Source of the DNA: Proteromonas lacertae
Taxonomy: Eukaryota
Length of the DNA: 64,000 bases
Direction of reading: 5' to 3'
Assembly: GCA_002245135.1 (NCBI GenBank)
Contig: NGBS01000905.1
Span: forward strand, 1-64,000
Shown here: positions 52,140 through 64,000 of the stretch, piece after piece
Layout of the letters: each line of letters begins with the position of its first letter
Numbering within the stretch: the first letter of the stretch is position 1
Translations under genes and position numbers: made by a program
The notes under the pieces: generated by a model
Seen by the model: the letters and a program-made list of their open reading frames with translations, nothing else
Told to the model about the DNA's origin: nothing
The model's database searches: none

Positions 52140-53340
52140 ATGACGTCTAATCAATTAGATTATGTACTTCCTGATCTAGATGAATTGATTTCATCAATTG
52201 GTAAAGGTGGATATGGTTTAGTCTGTTTAGTTAAGCATGATGGTAAAGAACTTGCTAGAAAGGAAGTAAAATGTAATAATGAAGATTTATACGTTATTAA
52301 TTCAACAATTAACGAGATTGAGTTTTTGAAAGAGTTGAAACACGTAAATGTAGTAAAATTAGAAGACTCATACATTCATCTAGATAAAAATGTGATATAT
52401 ATTTACACACAATATTATGAGAATGGTGATTTATTGAAATTGATATATAAGAAGAAAGATGTGAAAGAAGATTTCTCTCTATATGTATTTTTCTATATAA
52501 AAATATAATTTATAGGAGCTATATAGTTTTATGAATGGTTTTATTAGTGGATTAAAATATATATACAAAGAGAGTATTCTTCATCGAGATTTAAAACCTG
52601 CGAATATATTAATTGGAGAAGATAATCAATTAGTGATTAGTGATTTTGGATTAGCAATAGAAAGAGAAGCGAATGGTGTTAAAATAAGTGGAACTATTAA
52701 TTATATAGCTCCTGAAATATGGAAAGCAACAGCTACATATTCAGAAGAAAGTGAAATATTTTCATTAGGTTGTATATTGTTTGAACTATATACATTAAGA
52801 ATGGCATTTAATGGAAAAACTCAAGAAGAAATTGTAGAAGAAGTGCTTCATAAAAACGATTTAAATTTTGAAAGAGTAAGAGATGAAAGAATAATAGAAC
52901 TTGAAGAAGTGATAAAAGGAATGTTAGAAAAAGATCCAGAAAAAAGAATGAAAATGTATGATATAGAAGAAAAGAACTATTTATTATCATTTGATGCTTG
53001 TCGAAAACAAACAAATCCTATTCATATTCCTTCTATATCTACTGATGCGTTATGTCAAAACTGTACTTTAAGCAAAAAGATTGAAAGCTTTGGAAGCAGC
53101 AGCGATTACTATTCATTTGCTGTAGATTTCTATTTAAATAAAGGTTATGTTGAAGGTACAACCTTAAAAGTGATAAGTGAAATGAATGATGAAGAATTTA
53201 GAATATTTTGGAATGATGATTATTTACCTGTATAATTCTTATGATGATTCTAATAGTTGTTATTTCCATCAATTAATCAAGATAATCCACCATTTTCAAT
53301 GGAAGATTTACAACAGTTAAGATCTAATAAAGACAATTAA
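52140..53340 (+). CDS. Ser/Thr protein kinase (NEK-like), catalytically intact; may be fused to the next gene
   Basis: GKGGYG, ARK, HRDLKPAN, DFG, GTINYIAPE; introns at ~52486-52516 and 53230-53256. Confidence 0.85.
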
Positions 53341-53347
53341 TGACAAA

Positions 53348-56300
53348 ATGAAGCAACCACAATTATTCATGAATATAATATTATCAAATGATATTAAAAA
53401 GGTGAAAATCCTAAATGTTAATGAAAAAACAGGAAAGAAAATATCTAAATTCATAGAAAACAACGAATTGTTGTTAAAATATTAGTACTACTTTACCTAC
53501 CCTATCGAAAGATTTGAAATGAGTATTTATGGAGATTATATAGTTGTATTGAGAGAATATTATGATAGAGATTTAGAAGAGATAATTAACAGTAATTTAT
53601 TGAATATTTGTGATTTTTTTAACATGATATGTTCAGTTTATGACATTTTGATGATACTGGTAGAGTATGATGTAGTTCTAAAGAGTTTGAAGAGTTCAAA
53701 TGTTGTGATTGATATAAATAACAATATAAGGATATGTGATTTATTCTTGGATGAACTGAGAAAAGAAGGAGATATGAAAATATATGACATATGCTTCAAA
53801 AGTCCAGAAGAGTTGAATGGATATGAATGTAATGAAAGAAGTGTGATTTGGTCAATTGGTTGTATATTATATGAAATGATTTGTAAGAAATTACCATTCA
53901 ATGAAGATAATAATGTGAATAAAACTATGAATAATATTATGAGATGTAAATACAATTCTGATATGAAATGTGATGATGTGATGAAAGAGATGATAGAGAA
54001 ATTGTTAAAAGTGAGAAACGAAGATAGATTGAGTTTAAAAGAGTTGAGAAAAGAAATGATAAAAATGAGTGAAATATTGAAAGATAACAATGAAAATATG
54101 ATGATATGTGAAGAAAGAAAAGAAATATTATACAATAACGATCATTTAATAGAAATATCACCATATGCTGATATTCAATCAAAATACTATCTTTACCAGT
54201 AATAAATATGAAAAGATTAGAAATAACTTGATAAAATCATACAATTATGATCCAAATGAAAGAACATTATCAATGTTACTAAATATGAAATTGTGCAAAG
54301 AAGAATATTATCATCACGAAATTAAAGATAAACTCAACTTTCAAATTTATCATAAATGTAAAGAAAAAGAATGTTATCTAGATGAAATGATTTTCAATAT
54401 AAGTACTGATAGATTTGACAAAGAAATGACTAAAATTAGTTCAGAATGTATTTGTTTATGTGAAGTTGGAATGGGATATATCTTCAGAATATTAAAAATA
54501 ACTAATCACAAAATAATTGATTTTAGAATAAATACTCCAATAAAACATCAATCATTATTTGCATCATATTTTATAGAATTATCAAATGCACAAGAAATAG
54601 AGTTACTAGGATGTAATCTTACTTTTCATTTTATCAAATCATTTATTAGGATAATTCCTATGATGAAATTGAAATATTTAAATTTAGCAGATAACCCAGT
54701 TGGATTAAATGGATTGATATTATTACTTCCATATTTACATTTATTAATCTATAAATGGAATGTATTAAATCTTTGTGGAATGAATTTAAATGATGAATCA
54801 ATTATTTTATTATCAGAAGAATTATACAAATATCCAAATCTCAAGAAAATAGATATTAGGTTTAATAAAATTCACTCACAAAGCTTAAAAGCTTTATTCT
54901 CCAAATTTCCAATATCAAATATATCATTAAATCTAAACAATAGATGTAATGAATTGTTGATAGATGCAAAGATACTAGAAACAATTAAATATGTTAAATA
55001 CTTAGATTTAAGTAATTCTAAGCTTGATGACGATATATTCAAATCATTCATATATTTAGTATCAAATGAAATCAGAGAAATAAGAAAGTTAGATATAAGT
55101 AGTATGATTTGATATTTTATTATTATATATAGATAACCAATTAACACATAAAAGTATTGCAATATTGATTGACAATTTATCTTCATTTCCAACTTTATTT
55201 ACAATTCTGCTTCATGGTAATGAGATTAGAGATGTAGGAATGAAAATATTATCTCCTCATATTCAATTATTAATAGATTATGATATTACTTTTAGGATTA
55301 ATATATGTAACTGTTCGAGTATTAATATGTTTAATAATGAATAGAAATGGGATTATCTTTAAATGGTTTAAGATATTTATTAAATGGATTAATATATGTA
55401 AAGCAACTTATCAGACTTGATATTAGTGATAATGCTATAGATGCAAATGGAATAGAATATTTGATGAATTACATTAAAGAAAGCAATAATGTTGAGGAGA
55501 TAATAATTAATAGTATATCATATACCTATTAAAAATATATTTAATAGATAATCATATTGGTAATGTGAGAATAAAACAATTACATGATACTATACCAGAA
55601 ATAGTGGAAAATTCAAAAATAAAATTATTAACACTATCAATAGATGTTGATGGATTAGCATCATTAGAAAATGAAATTGATTTAATTGAAGGTAATAAAA
55701 CAATAAATAATAGTGGTAATAATATTAATAGAATAAAATCAATTTGTTCAAAATCTTTAGAAAATGAAGAATATCCATTTATACGTATGATAAGTTCATC
55801 ATGGACAAATTCAGAAATTGAATATTATTTAGATTATTGCATAAAAAGGTATAGAACAGACATTAGAAAATATGATATTTCAAGTATTTATAAACTATAA
55901 TTATTATTCTATAATAGATATGAATATTAATGATTCTCACATATCATTAATAAAACAGATTGATTTTCAAGAAGTTAATTTATCAAATAATCTCATCACT
56001 TATTTAGGCTTAAAAGATATAATGGTTGATTTACCTAAATCTGCAATGACTATTTCTATATTTAATAATGAAATATGAGATGAAGGTTTAGAAATAATAT
56101 GTAAAGATTTCGATAAATTTGTTGATTATAGATCATTAAATCTTTCGAGTATGTTAAATAAATATAATATAATTATATAAGTTGAATAGATATTGGAATG
56201 AGTATAAATGGTTTAAAAATGTTAATAGAAAGATTAAAAGATTATAGACCTTTAAAAGAGTTAAATTTTACAGGAAATGTTTTAAATGAAAAAGAGTTGA

Positions 56301-56368
56301 TATTGATGAAAGAAAATCAAGAAGTATTTGATTGTTTAGATGAATTATCATATAATATAAATGCATGA
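53348..56368 (+). CDS. Pseudokinase + RNI-like LRR protein, multi-exon
   Basis: VLKSLKSSNV (no HRD), CDLF, KSPEE, IWSIGCILYEM; downstream LxxLxLSxN repeats; last exon ends TGA at 56368. One in-frame TAG at ~53483 is unresolved. Confidence 0.7.
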
Positions 56369-56369
56369 A

Positions 56370-56520
56370 ATCCTCTTTTATAGAGGATCCTCTTCTAAAA
56401 GAGGATTTTTAGATCCTCTCTGAAAGAGGAAAGAGGATTTTTAGATCCTCTTTAAAAGAGGAAATATAATTTTATAAAATCCTCTTATTAAAAAAGATGA
56501 CAAATGAAAAATCCTCTATC
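56370..56520. repeat. Cluster of TCCTCT-N5-6-AGAGGA inverted-repeat units at the element's left end
   Basis: Four full units (~56371-56387, 56388-56405, 56414-56430, 56446-56462) plus half-sites to ~56517. Confidence 0.85.
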
Positions 56521-56698
56521 CTAAACATAATATTATTGAAAAAATTAGAAAGCTCTAATGATGAATTATAAAAATTCTTCCTCCAATATGATAGTATCAT
56601 ACTAGAGGATTATAATTTTTTATGTGTCTATAGTATAGACTAGAATAGATTAAAACAAAAATAAGAATATAGAATCAGTATATAATATTAGAGGAAAT

Positions 56699-59600
56699 CT
56701 AATTATTGTATCCATAAGGAACTGTTTCATAATCATCCTCAAAGTATCTTTTATCATCAAAATATGTAAGTCCTATCTTTTCTTCATAAGCAGTATAGAT
56801 ATGATGATTTCTACTTCTAATATGATTAATACCAAACTTCTGTTTAGAAACATATCCATCAACCATTTCAGTATAATCATCTCCTGTCATCTTACTTGCT
56901 ATAGCTGTTATTAATCCTTTACATCTATTGGAGGATTTGAGTGTACCATCATTAACACATTCCTTTTCATAATAATAACATTTGGATTTCAATCCTCTAA
57001 ACTTAGTAATGACATAGAATTTCTTACCATCCTGTTCCTCAAACTTGAGTTTATTTAATGTTCCTGGTTTACATGATAATGAATCCCATTTGTAGTAATT
57101 ACTGAAAGGAGGCATATTCAGATTACTTCCATCTATATATTTTTGAAGATGATTGAAATTCCAATAAATATCTTTAGTCTTTACAGAAAAGAGGAGACTG
57201 TCAGTATCTGTCATTAAGAGTCTAACATCTTCTGGTGAATTGTAATGTAATACTCCATCATACCAATACTGTTGCATTAATAATTTAGAAAGAGCAAGGA
57301 TTGTCATACCTATCTGAATAGGTTTATTAATTTTGAACATCTTTTTATGATAATGTACTAATCTCAAATCTCCGTGAATAGTATCTATCTTATCAAACCA
57401 AGGATCTCTAATAGCTTTTCTTGCTTGATTTTCTGACACTACTAATTTGATACTTCTCCTCTTATCAACTCTTTCTAAAGTTTTTCCATAAAGTGAATTA
57501 AGTAATTTCTTCATAATATTAGCAGTAGATGTTTGATGCATTTCCTTCGCATGAACTCTCATATCCTTTAATTGATCAATATGTTTAGACATATGTTTAC
57601 TTTCCAAGAATGTTAGTACTTTATATACTTTTGTTACTCTATATCCATGATCAACTGCAAATTTGAGATTCTGATAATGGATGACATAATGTTCCTTAGG
57701 CAATAAATCAGTAACTAACTTTTCAGAGGAAACATATTTATGAACATCAGGATTTTTCTGATCATCCTCTTTTTGAGAGTATAATACTTCTAATTTTTCT
57801 TTTTGTATATCTGACAATTCATCATAGCTAATCTTTCTTCTTGAAGGTAGAATAGGATATTCTCTTAAATATTCCTTATAATAGGAAATAGGTTCAATAT
57901 CCACTTCTAACATATATCCTGTAGTTTCAAAGGAATCATTCTTATCATAGAATTTAGTAGAATCTAATATCTCATGAAGTTTAGGACAACCAGGATCTTC
58001 ATAACAATAAAGATGATAATTCCTTATAGGAAGTTTACATAAATACATTACTGAAGGATATAAGGAATTCATATCCTGATAAACAATAAACTTTGAAGGT
58101 TTCTTTGGATCATAATCCTTCATATAGAAATTATTAGCATCTTCTTTCCTCTTTCCTATATAGGATAATCCTCCATATAATCCATTAAGGATGAAATCAT
58201 ATATTTCAGGTTCATGAATTAACTCTATCTTAACTGAACTTTCTTTCAAGAACAAATCCAAGGATAAACTAGGAATTGATACATACCAACAAGGATCAAT
58301 ATGAAAGTGATTAAAGATGTTTTGTCTAAAATCCTCAAATACTGAACATAGGATATCAACATCAATACTTAAATAGAAATTACAATATTCTCCTATAGAA
58401 GCTTTTCCTTCAAACAAAATGTTATTCACTTCCATTGCAAACTTATATTCATCTTCTGTTATTGTTGAATTGGATAAACTTGAATAGAAATCCTGAATCT
58501 TCAAATCCTTTAAATTGATTATCATATTTTTCCAAACAATCTACATATTCATAAGGAAAGAAGTTTTTCTGAAGAAGATACTTATCAATAATTTCCTCAT
58601 CTAATTCAGGAAAGTTATCATAAATGACTTTAAACTTTTCCTTTTTACAATTTAACTCTAAAGCTGTTATCTTTAAATCCTCTGTTAAACTAGATAATTT
58701 TTCAGAAAGGAATTGGTATGAATCAATGAACATTAATCTATCAAAGAATATAGCTTTATAGTTTTCATCAGTAGAAGGAAGGATATCCAAATTTAAACCA
58801 GTCTGTTTAGCAATTTCTGCAAGTTCTCTAATGATGAAATGCTGGTCATATCTCATAGCGTTATGACCAATTATAGGAATCTTGTATCCTTTTACTTTAA
58901 TTGATAAGTTCTCTTTAGAATGAATTGAAGCAATGTACTTTCCAGTGAAATGATTATGATGGAGGACTTTTGGATCAAAAGGAGTAAAAGGTTTATTACA
59001 AAAATCACAAACTGTTTTACTCATATGAATAGCTAAATCTTCCTCATTTTGATCCCAATCTTTAGGATATAAGTTTATTATATTATATAAGTGTTTTACA
59101 TCTTTATATACTGTCATGATATCCTCCATAAATTCTTTTTCTAAATTTTCATCTTCGGATATCTTCACATTCATAATAGTTGTAGGTTTAATTTGAGGAA
59201 TTTTACTTTCAATATATAAACAATATGATTTTAACTTATGTTCATTTTTGAAGGATCTTAATGTTTTTGTATTTTCCTTAGAATTATCAATAGGGACAAT
59301 GTATGCTTCTGTATCGTAATAAATAACAACAGGAATCATATCCTCTCTGTTAGAATGTTCAAATTTCATAAAAGCTTCCTCACTATCCTTATCAGGAAAT
59401 ATCCTTATTACATTATCAGGATTTTGACAATTTACTGTTTTGTGATTTGCAAATGATTTTGCATTATAAGTATAAAAGGGACAATAAGGACAAACCAAAG
59501 GACTTGTTTTATTCTTAAATATTACACCAAAAACTAAGCTGAATACTTGATTTAAGGATTTAATTGCACAATAATGTCCTGTAATTACTTCATCAGTAGT

Positions 59601-60663
59601 ATCATTATTATTAGGAAGGAATAATAAATTAATAACAGGATTACCAACATTCTTATCAATTATACTATATCTTAATGGAAGGATTTTAGGTTTGTCCTTT
59701 TCCTCTTCATCAATTGCAAATACATTTATATTTAAATCATAAGTTTGCTCTACTTTATCTATATCAGGATTATTAACAGGAGCTACTGGTATTGTAATAA
59801 AATCGCTACTAGGTTGTATTTGAGGTAAATGTTGCTTTTTTAAACATGAATTAATTGCTCTCCAAAAACAATCCATATTATCATTGTCCTTATTTTCACA
59901 AGGATCTAAACAATACTTATTATTAAATATATCAGGAATATGATAATTTCCTCCTGCTCCTGCCATAATTTGGTATTGATTAATATGAGTTTCCATTAAA
60001 TCCATATATTGGAATATTAAACCAGATTCTGGAGGAGAAAAGTCATCCTCATTAATAGAATGAAATAGAGGAACGCATCTTTGCTGCTACTGATGCAGGA
60101 CTATCATACTCATTTATTAAAATATTTCTTGTATTATGAAATAAGGATACTTCCTCACCTGATTCATCTTCCGAAGAAGTATAAACATACCAAAATACAA
60201 AGTATACTTTAATATTTTTCATTTCATGTGCTATTTCACTTATTCTTAAAGCAACATCTGTGTTATCAACAATGAAATTATAATAATCTTCAGGAGTAAG
60301 AAGATGAATATCCTTTAAATTAGTAACGTACTTCCTTGTTACTCCTTCGGAGGATTGTCCTTCTAATTCATACCTTTTTATTCTTTCCTCTAAATTTCCT
60401 CTTGGAGGATGAATTCTATCATCATCCATATCATCCTCTCCTCCACCAAAATACATTCCATAATCAGGATTTATAATATGTACTCGAGGATTATTATTTA
60501 AATTCCTCATATAGGAGGATTCACTTATTTTCCTTATTTTACTAGTTGCATTAATGAAATATTGGGAAGTACTATCCTCATTTTCTAACATCTTTTCTAA
60601 TAAATGAGTTTTTGCATTTAAAGCATATTTTTTCTGCTTATCAGTATTCTTCCTTTTATTCAT
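56699..60663 (-). CDS. Protein-primed family B DNA polymerase (~1320 aa), split by two frameshifts (~60055, ~58510)
   Basis: Exo I YYDTEA, Exo II GHNAMRYD, FIDSYQFL, FPYEY, Exo III YLSID; motif A YQDMNSLYP, B KKLLNSLYGK, C MTDTDS; KCYY and KG. The frame upstream of 60005 reads ESGLIFQY, tying in ORF 60052..60663. Confidence 0.93.
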
Positions 60664-60724
60664 GATTTTATACTTATGAAAAATTCAAAACTAAAAAGAA
60701 AACAAAAAATGAATATACTTTAAA

Positions 60725-60781
60725 ATAATTGGTCAATTAATATAATTGGTCAAATACAAACGTATACTAAATTTTGATTGG
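60725..60781. promoter_or_regulatory. Divergent promoter with repeated ATTGG/CCAAT motifs
   Basis: ATAATTGGTCAA twice (60725-60736, 60742-60753) and a third ATTGG at ~60777, in the 212-bp gap between polB and the 307-aa ORF. Confidence 0.45.
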
Positions 60782-60875
60782 ATAATTAAAAATCTACTTA
60801 AAAATCGTTACTATTTTTATTTGCAATTTTCTTGCTATTTTTATCTATTATTAAAAACTTAACTTCTAAAAAATC

Positions 60876-61799
60876 ATGAGTTCTGGTAAAAAATACTTTA
60901 CTTCTAAAAAGTATGTAGAAGAGGAGGCTGAGGAGGATAACTCTACTATAACTAGTGATGAAGATGATTTAGAAAATTGTGAAACTGAACCAGTATCACA
61001 AAGTGAATATGAAAAGCCTTATATTAAGGATTATGAGAGATGGTGTAAGGAAAACAATGTTGATGAAATGGAAAGTAATCCTGAACCAAAATATGAAGCT
61101 GAATTAGTGAGGAAAATCATGGGTGATAAACAAATGTTAGAAATGGGAAATATTCCTAAGCTAGAATCTGCAAGAGGATTAGTGAGTGATTACCTTCCTC
61201 CTCATTTAAATAGATGGTTAACTTTCATTGGACATGTATCTGAGATGAAATTAGAAAAACCAAAAGAGGATCAGGAAGGATATTATTCTGTGAAGTTTAC
61301 TAATGTTCAAGTAGCTAGGTTTGCAGGAAAGGATTGTGATGCTAGTGAATGGATAAAGTTAAAATCCTCTTGGTTATATGATATAGCTGATTATTTGAAA
61401 ACCTCTAAACATTTGGAGCATAGTATTGAAGTTGTCCTCAATTTATACAGGATCCTCATTTGGAAGAATGATGATAGACATAATCTTGTAGGAAATGATA
61501 AAACAGTATATGAGGATTGGACTGTTATGGAGGATAAGGATGTTGTTGTTCCTGTAGTAGCTTTAAAATATACCATCAAGAATAATACATGCTTTGTTAA
61601 TTTATTCATTGATGGAGATATTATGATTGTAAGTGAGGATTATGTTAAAGAAAAAGTTAAGGATAAGGTTGAGGAAAAAGAGGAAAAGAAGTTTAGTACT
61701 CCTAAAAGAAAGAGAGAAAGGTCCTTAAGTCCTCCAGTAGTGAAGAGAAGTAACATAGGAGGATTAACCTTAAAGAAGGATCATAAGCATAAAAAGTAA
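60876..61799 (+). CDS. Element-encoded hypothetical protein (acidic N-terminus, beta-rich core, NLS-like tail)
   Basis: 307-aa intronless ORF; TPKRKRERS basic cluster. Confidence 0.75.
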   Translation: MSSGKKYFTSKKYVEEEAEEDNSTITSDEDDLENCETEPVSQSEYEKPYIKDYERWCKENNVDEMESNPEPKYEAELVRKIMGDKQMLEMGNIPKLESARGLVSDYLPPHLNRWLTFIGHVSEMKLEKPKEDQEGYYSVKFTNVQVARFAGKDCDASEWIKLKSSWLYDIADYLKTSKHLEHSIEVVLNLYRILIWKNDDRHNLVGNDKTVYEDWTVMEDKDVVVPVVALKYTIKNNTCFVNLFIDGDIMIVSEDYVKEKVKDKVEEKEEKKFSTPKRKRERSLSPPVVKRSNIGGLTLKKDHKHKK

Positions 61800-61852
61800 T
61801 TAAAAAGATAATTATCATTAATTCCTTACTATATTCTTATTTTTGTTTTTCT

Positions 61853-63134
61853 ATGGATATTCCAAAAAAGACTTTACCAGAGCTATATTCACAATACAAC
61901 TATTTATCTGCTAAAGATTTCATCAATATTTGCACTCACTATGGTTATAGCGAAGATGAAGCTAAGACTTTTGCATATTCTTCTCCAAGATATCAGTTAG
62001 CATCAAAAAGAGTTCGTCCTAAAAAATTAAGGTATACTACTATTAAAGTACCAGGTACTTTTATGATTGATTTTGCATTCTTTCAAGGAAATGATGGTCC
62101 TCCATCCTTATTTATTATTAATGTAGTATCGAGGAAAGTATGGGTTTATACTTTAGCAAGTAGAAGTGGTTTAGCTTTTGCAGAAGCTTTTACAAAGTTT
62201 GTATTTCAGAATAGGGTAAAAGGAATTTTAGAAGGAGAGGAGGAATATATGATTTTCATTGCTTCTATCATTTGTGATAGAGAAGGAGTATTTATAAGTA
62301 ATGAATTTCAAAATTTCTGTAAAAAGTATAAAATAAAGATACATTATAAAGATACAGATGAGCATAATATCATGGGTATTTTAGATAGAGCAGTTAGAAC
62401 AATAAAGGATCTTATTTATTATAGAGGAAGTACATATGATCAAAAGAATTTAATAAAAACACAAGCTGATTTAAATAATTTTATCCAAATGATTGTAAAG
62501 GATTACAACAATACTCCTCATTCAGGAATTAAAGGATATACACCAAATGAAGTATATGATGATATGAGTCTACAATTGAAATTCCTCCATGAATCGAGGA
62601 ATTATAATAGAAATCTTAAAGCCAAAAAAGGATCTCCGTTTAATGTTGGAGATAAAGTAAGAGTTAAAGAAAGAGCAAAATCAAAATTAGATAAGTCTCA
62701 TAGGTATAGTGATCAAGTATATACGATAAAGAGGAAAAATCCTTTTTCATATGATATTGATGTATATGATGATGAAGGAAGAATAACTACCAAAAGATTT
62801 AAGGAGTATGAATTACTTAAATGTATCAGATACACATCCATCCTTTGCTAAACAGAATGAACAGTATTACAGAACAATAGGAAAGGAAATGCAACAGTAT
62901 ACAAGAGATCCTGATTATGTTCCTCCTGGTGTAGTTGTTAATGATGAACCTCAATTACAACCTGTTGCTGAAACAGTTCCTGTTAATCCTGCAGAACAAG
63001 CAGTGCAAGATTATAAGGATAATAATGCTGCACTTGATTTTGTTAATAAAGTTAGAAGGACAAGATCAGGAAGGATAAGTAGACCTAATCCTCTATACTC
63101 ACGAAGTATATATGGAGCAGGACATATATGGTAA
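61853..63134 (+). CDS. Retroviral-like (rve) integrase of Polinton type; C-terminal extension likely continues via a frameshift at ~62820
   Basis: FMIDF, ICDREG, GILDRAVRTIK, YNNTPHSGIKGYTP, FNVGDKVRV..YSDQVYTI; overlapping ORF 62808..63134 contains RRTRSGRISRP. Confidence 0.9.
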
Positions 63135-63194
63135 ATTTTTATTTTTATGCTTTTTGTTTTCCCAATAAATAAAACTCATAATAAGAAATGTTAC

Positions 63195-63554
63195 TTAAAA
63201 ATTATCACCCATATAAGTGTTTCCTATTCTTAAAATTTGAGATTGTCTTGGGATATAAAAAGGTTTGCAATATGGCATACCCTTAAAACTAAAATCTTTA
63301 TGATTTACAACGCCGTTATATTGAGGTTTTTCAGAGAAGTAAATACCAGTAACATTTTTAGTATCGTTTTCTACAACTGTTAAAGTAAATACTAAGTCGT
63401 TTTTAATATACTGAAAATAAGAATCAAATCTACTTTTATATAAATCATTAGGTATTTGCCATGACATTTGTGGAGAGTTATACATGTAAAAATCAATACT
63501 ATCATAATCTGTAGATTGAAATGATACATATTGATCTGCTAATATTGTCATCAT
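63195..63554 (-). CDS. Hypothetical element protein (119 aa)
   Basis: Intronless ORF convergent with the integrase. Confidence 0.55.
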   Translation of the reverse strand: MMTILADQYVSFQSTDYDSIDFYMYNSPQMSWQIPNDLYKSRFDSYFQYIKNDLVFTLTVVENDTKNVTGIYFSEKPQYNGVVNHKDFSFKGMPYCKPFYIPRQSQILRIGNTYMGDNF

Positions 63555-63682
63555 AATAAATTATTATAAAATCTAATTGTATAGGAAACATTTTTTCTCC
63601 AGCCATATTATTACCTTTAATAATTACCATATCTATAGTAATAAACTGAGTACCAAGTTTCCAAGGAAATCCTACTTTTAAT

Positions 63683-63892
63683 TTAGTAAATAGTACATTC
63701 TCGTAAATTGTCTAATATACCATTAACAGCAGCATTGAGATCTGTTTTTTTAGCAACATTCTTAACATCCTCCTTGCTAGCCAATGTTTGAATATCAGGC
63801 ATATTAATAAGGATATCTTCTGCAGCATCTTGCACTTCCTCTCTAATTGTTTCGATTATTTTTTGAGTGTTATTTATGTTATTACCCAACAT
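63683..63892 (-). CDS. Small helical element protein (69 aa)
   Basis: LASKEDV..VAKKTDL repeats resemble ATKxDL-type coiled-coil motifs. Confidence 0.45.
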   Translation of the reverse strand: MLGNNINNTQKIIETIREEVQDAAEDILINMPDIQTLASKEDVKNVAKKTDLNAAVNGILDNLRECTIY

Positions 63893-64000
63893 TACAAAGA
63901 AAAATGTAAATGAATTAAAAGTTATTTTTCTTCCAATACTTTATCAAAATTTATCCTAAATTCGGATTTAGCTCTATCTATATAGAGGAAAGCATAAGGA

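Larger units (their letters stand above)
56369..64000. mobile_element. Polinton/Maverick element, replication-integration segment (cut by right window edge)
   Basis: Intronless pPolB plus rve integrase plus ORFans; abrupt switch to AGGA/TCCT-rich sequence right after the host LRR stop codon. Confidence 0.92.

Noticed and set aside
7462..56368. Stop codons created by polyadenylation, as known in Blastocystis
   Set aside because: Every gene end I traced has an encoded stop; it cannot be shown without transcript data.
1..64000. Both viral segments as ends of one giant element
   Set aside because: The ~49 kb between them holds ordinary intron-containing housekeeping genes and a tRNA, and no matching terminal repeats were seen.

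Overview
Very AT-rich, compact eukaryotic nuclear DNA with many ~27-45 nt GT-AG introns and GU-rich elements behind stop codons. These traits, plus a bacterial-type GH29 fucosidase and an Ig-repeat surface protein, suggest a Blastocystis-like gut stramenopile (inference). A host block (~7.4-56.4 kb) holds FAN1, two inverted UBR-box E3 ligases, an H6PD/G6PD-like gene, glycosyltransferases, SDHAF1, tRNA-Asn, kinases, two pseudokinase-LRR genes and tandem Cys-rich surface proteins. It is bracketed by two intronless Polinton/Maverick-type endogenous viral segments, both cut by the window edges. The left segment (1-~5.8 kb) carries an A32-like packaging ATPase, major and minor capsid proteins and an AT-hook basic protein. 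The right segment (~56.4-64 kb) carries a protein-primed PolB with OTU-like and EndoVII-like domains, plus an rve integrase whose third catalytic residue appears to be Asp. A 616-bp TGT..ACA foldback element with 251-bp inverted repeats and a 5-bp target duplication lies at 6694-7309. Many genes carry 1-nt frameshifts, some in homopolymer runs, probably assembly errors. All assignments are from motifs recognised by eye; no searches were run.
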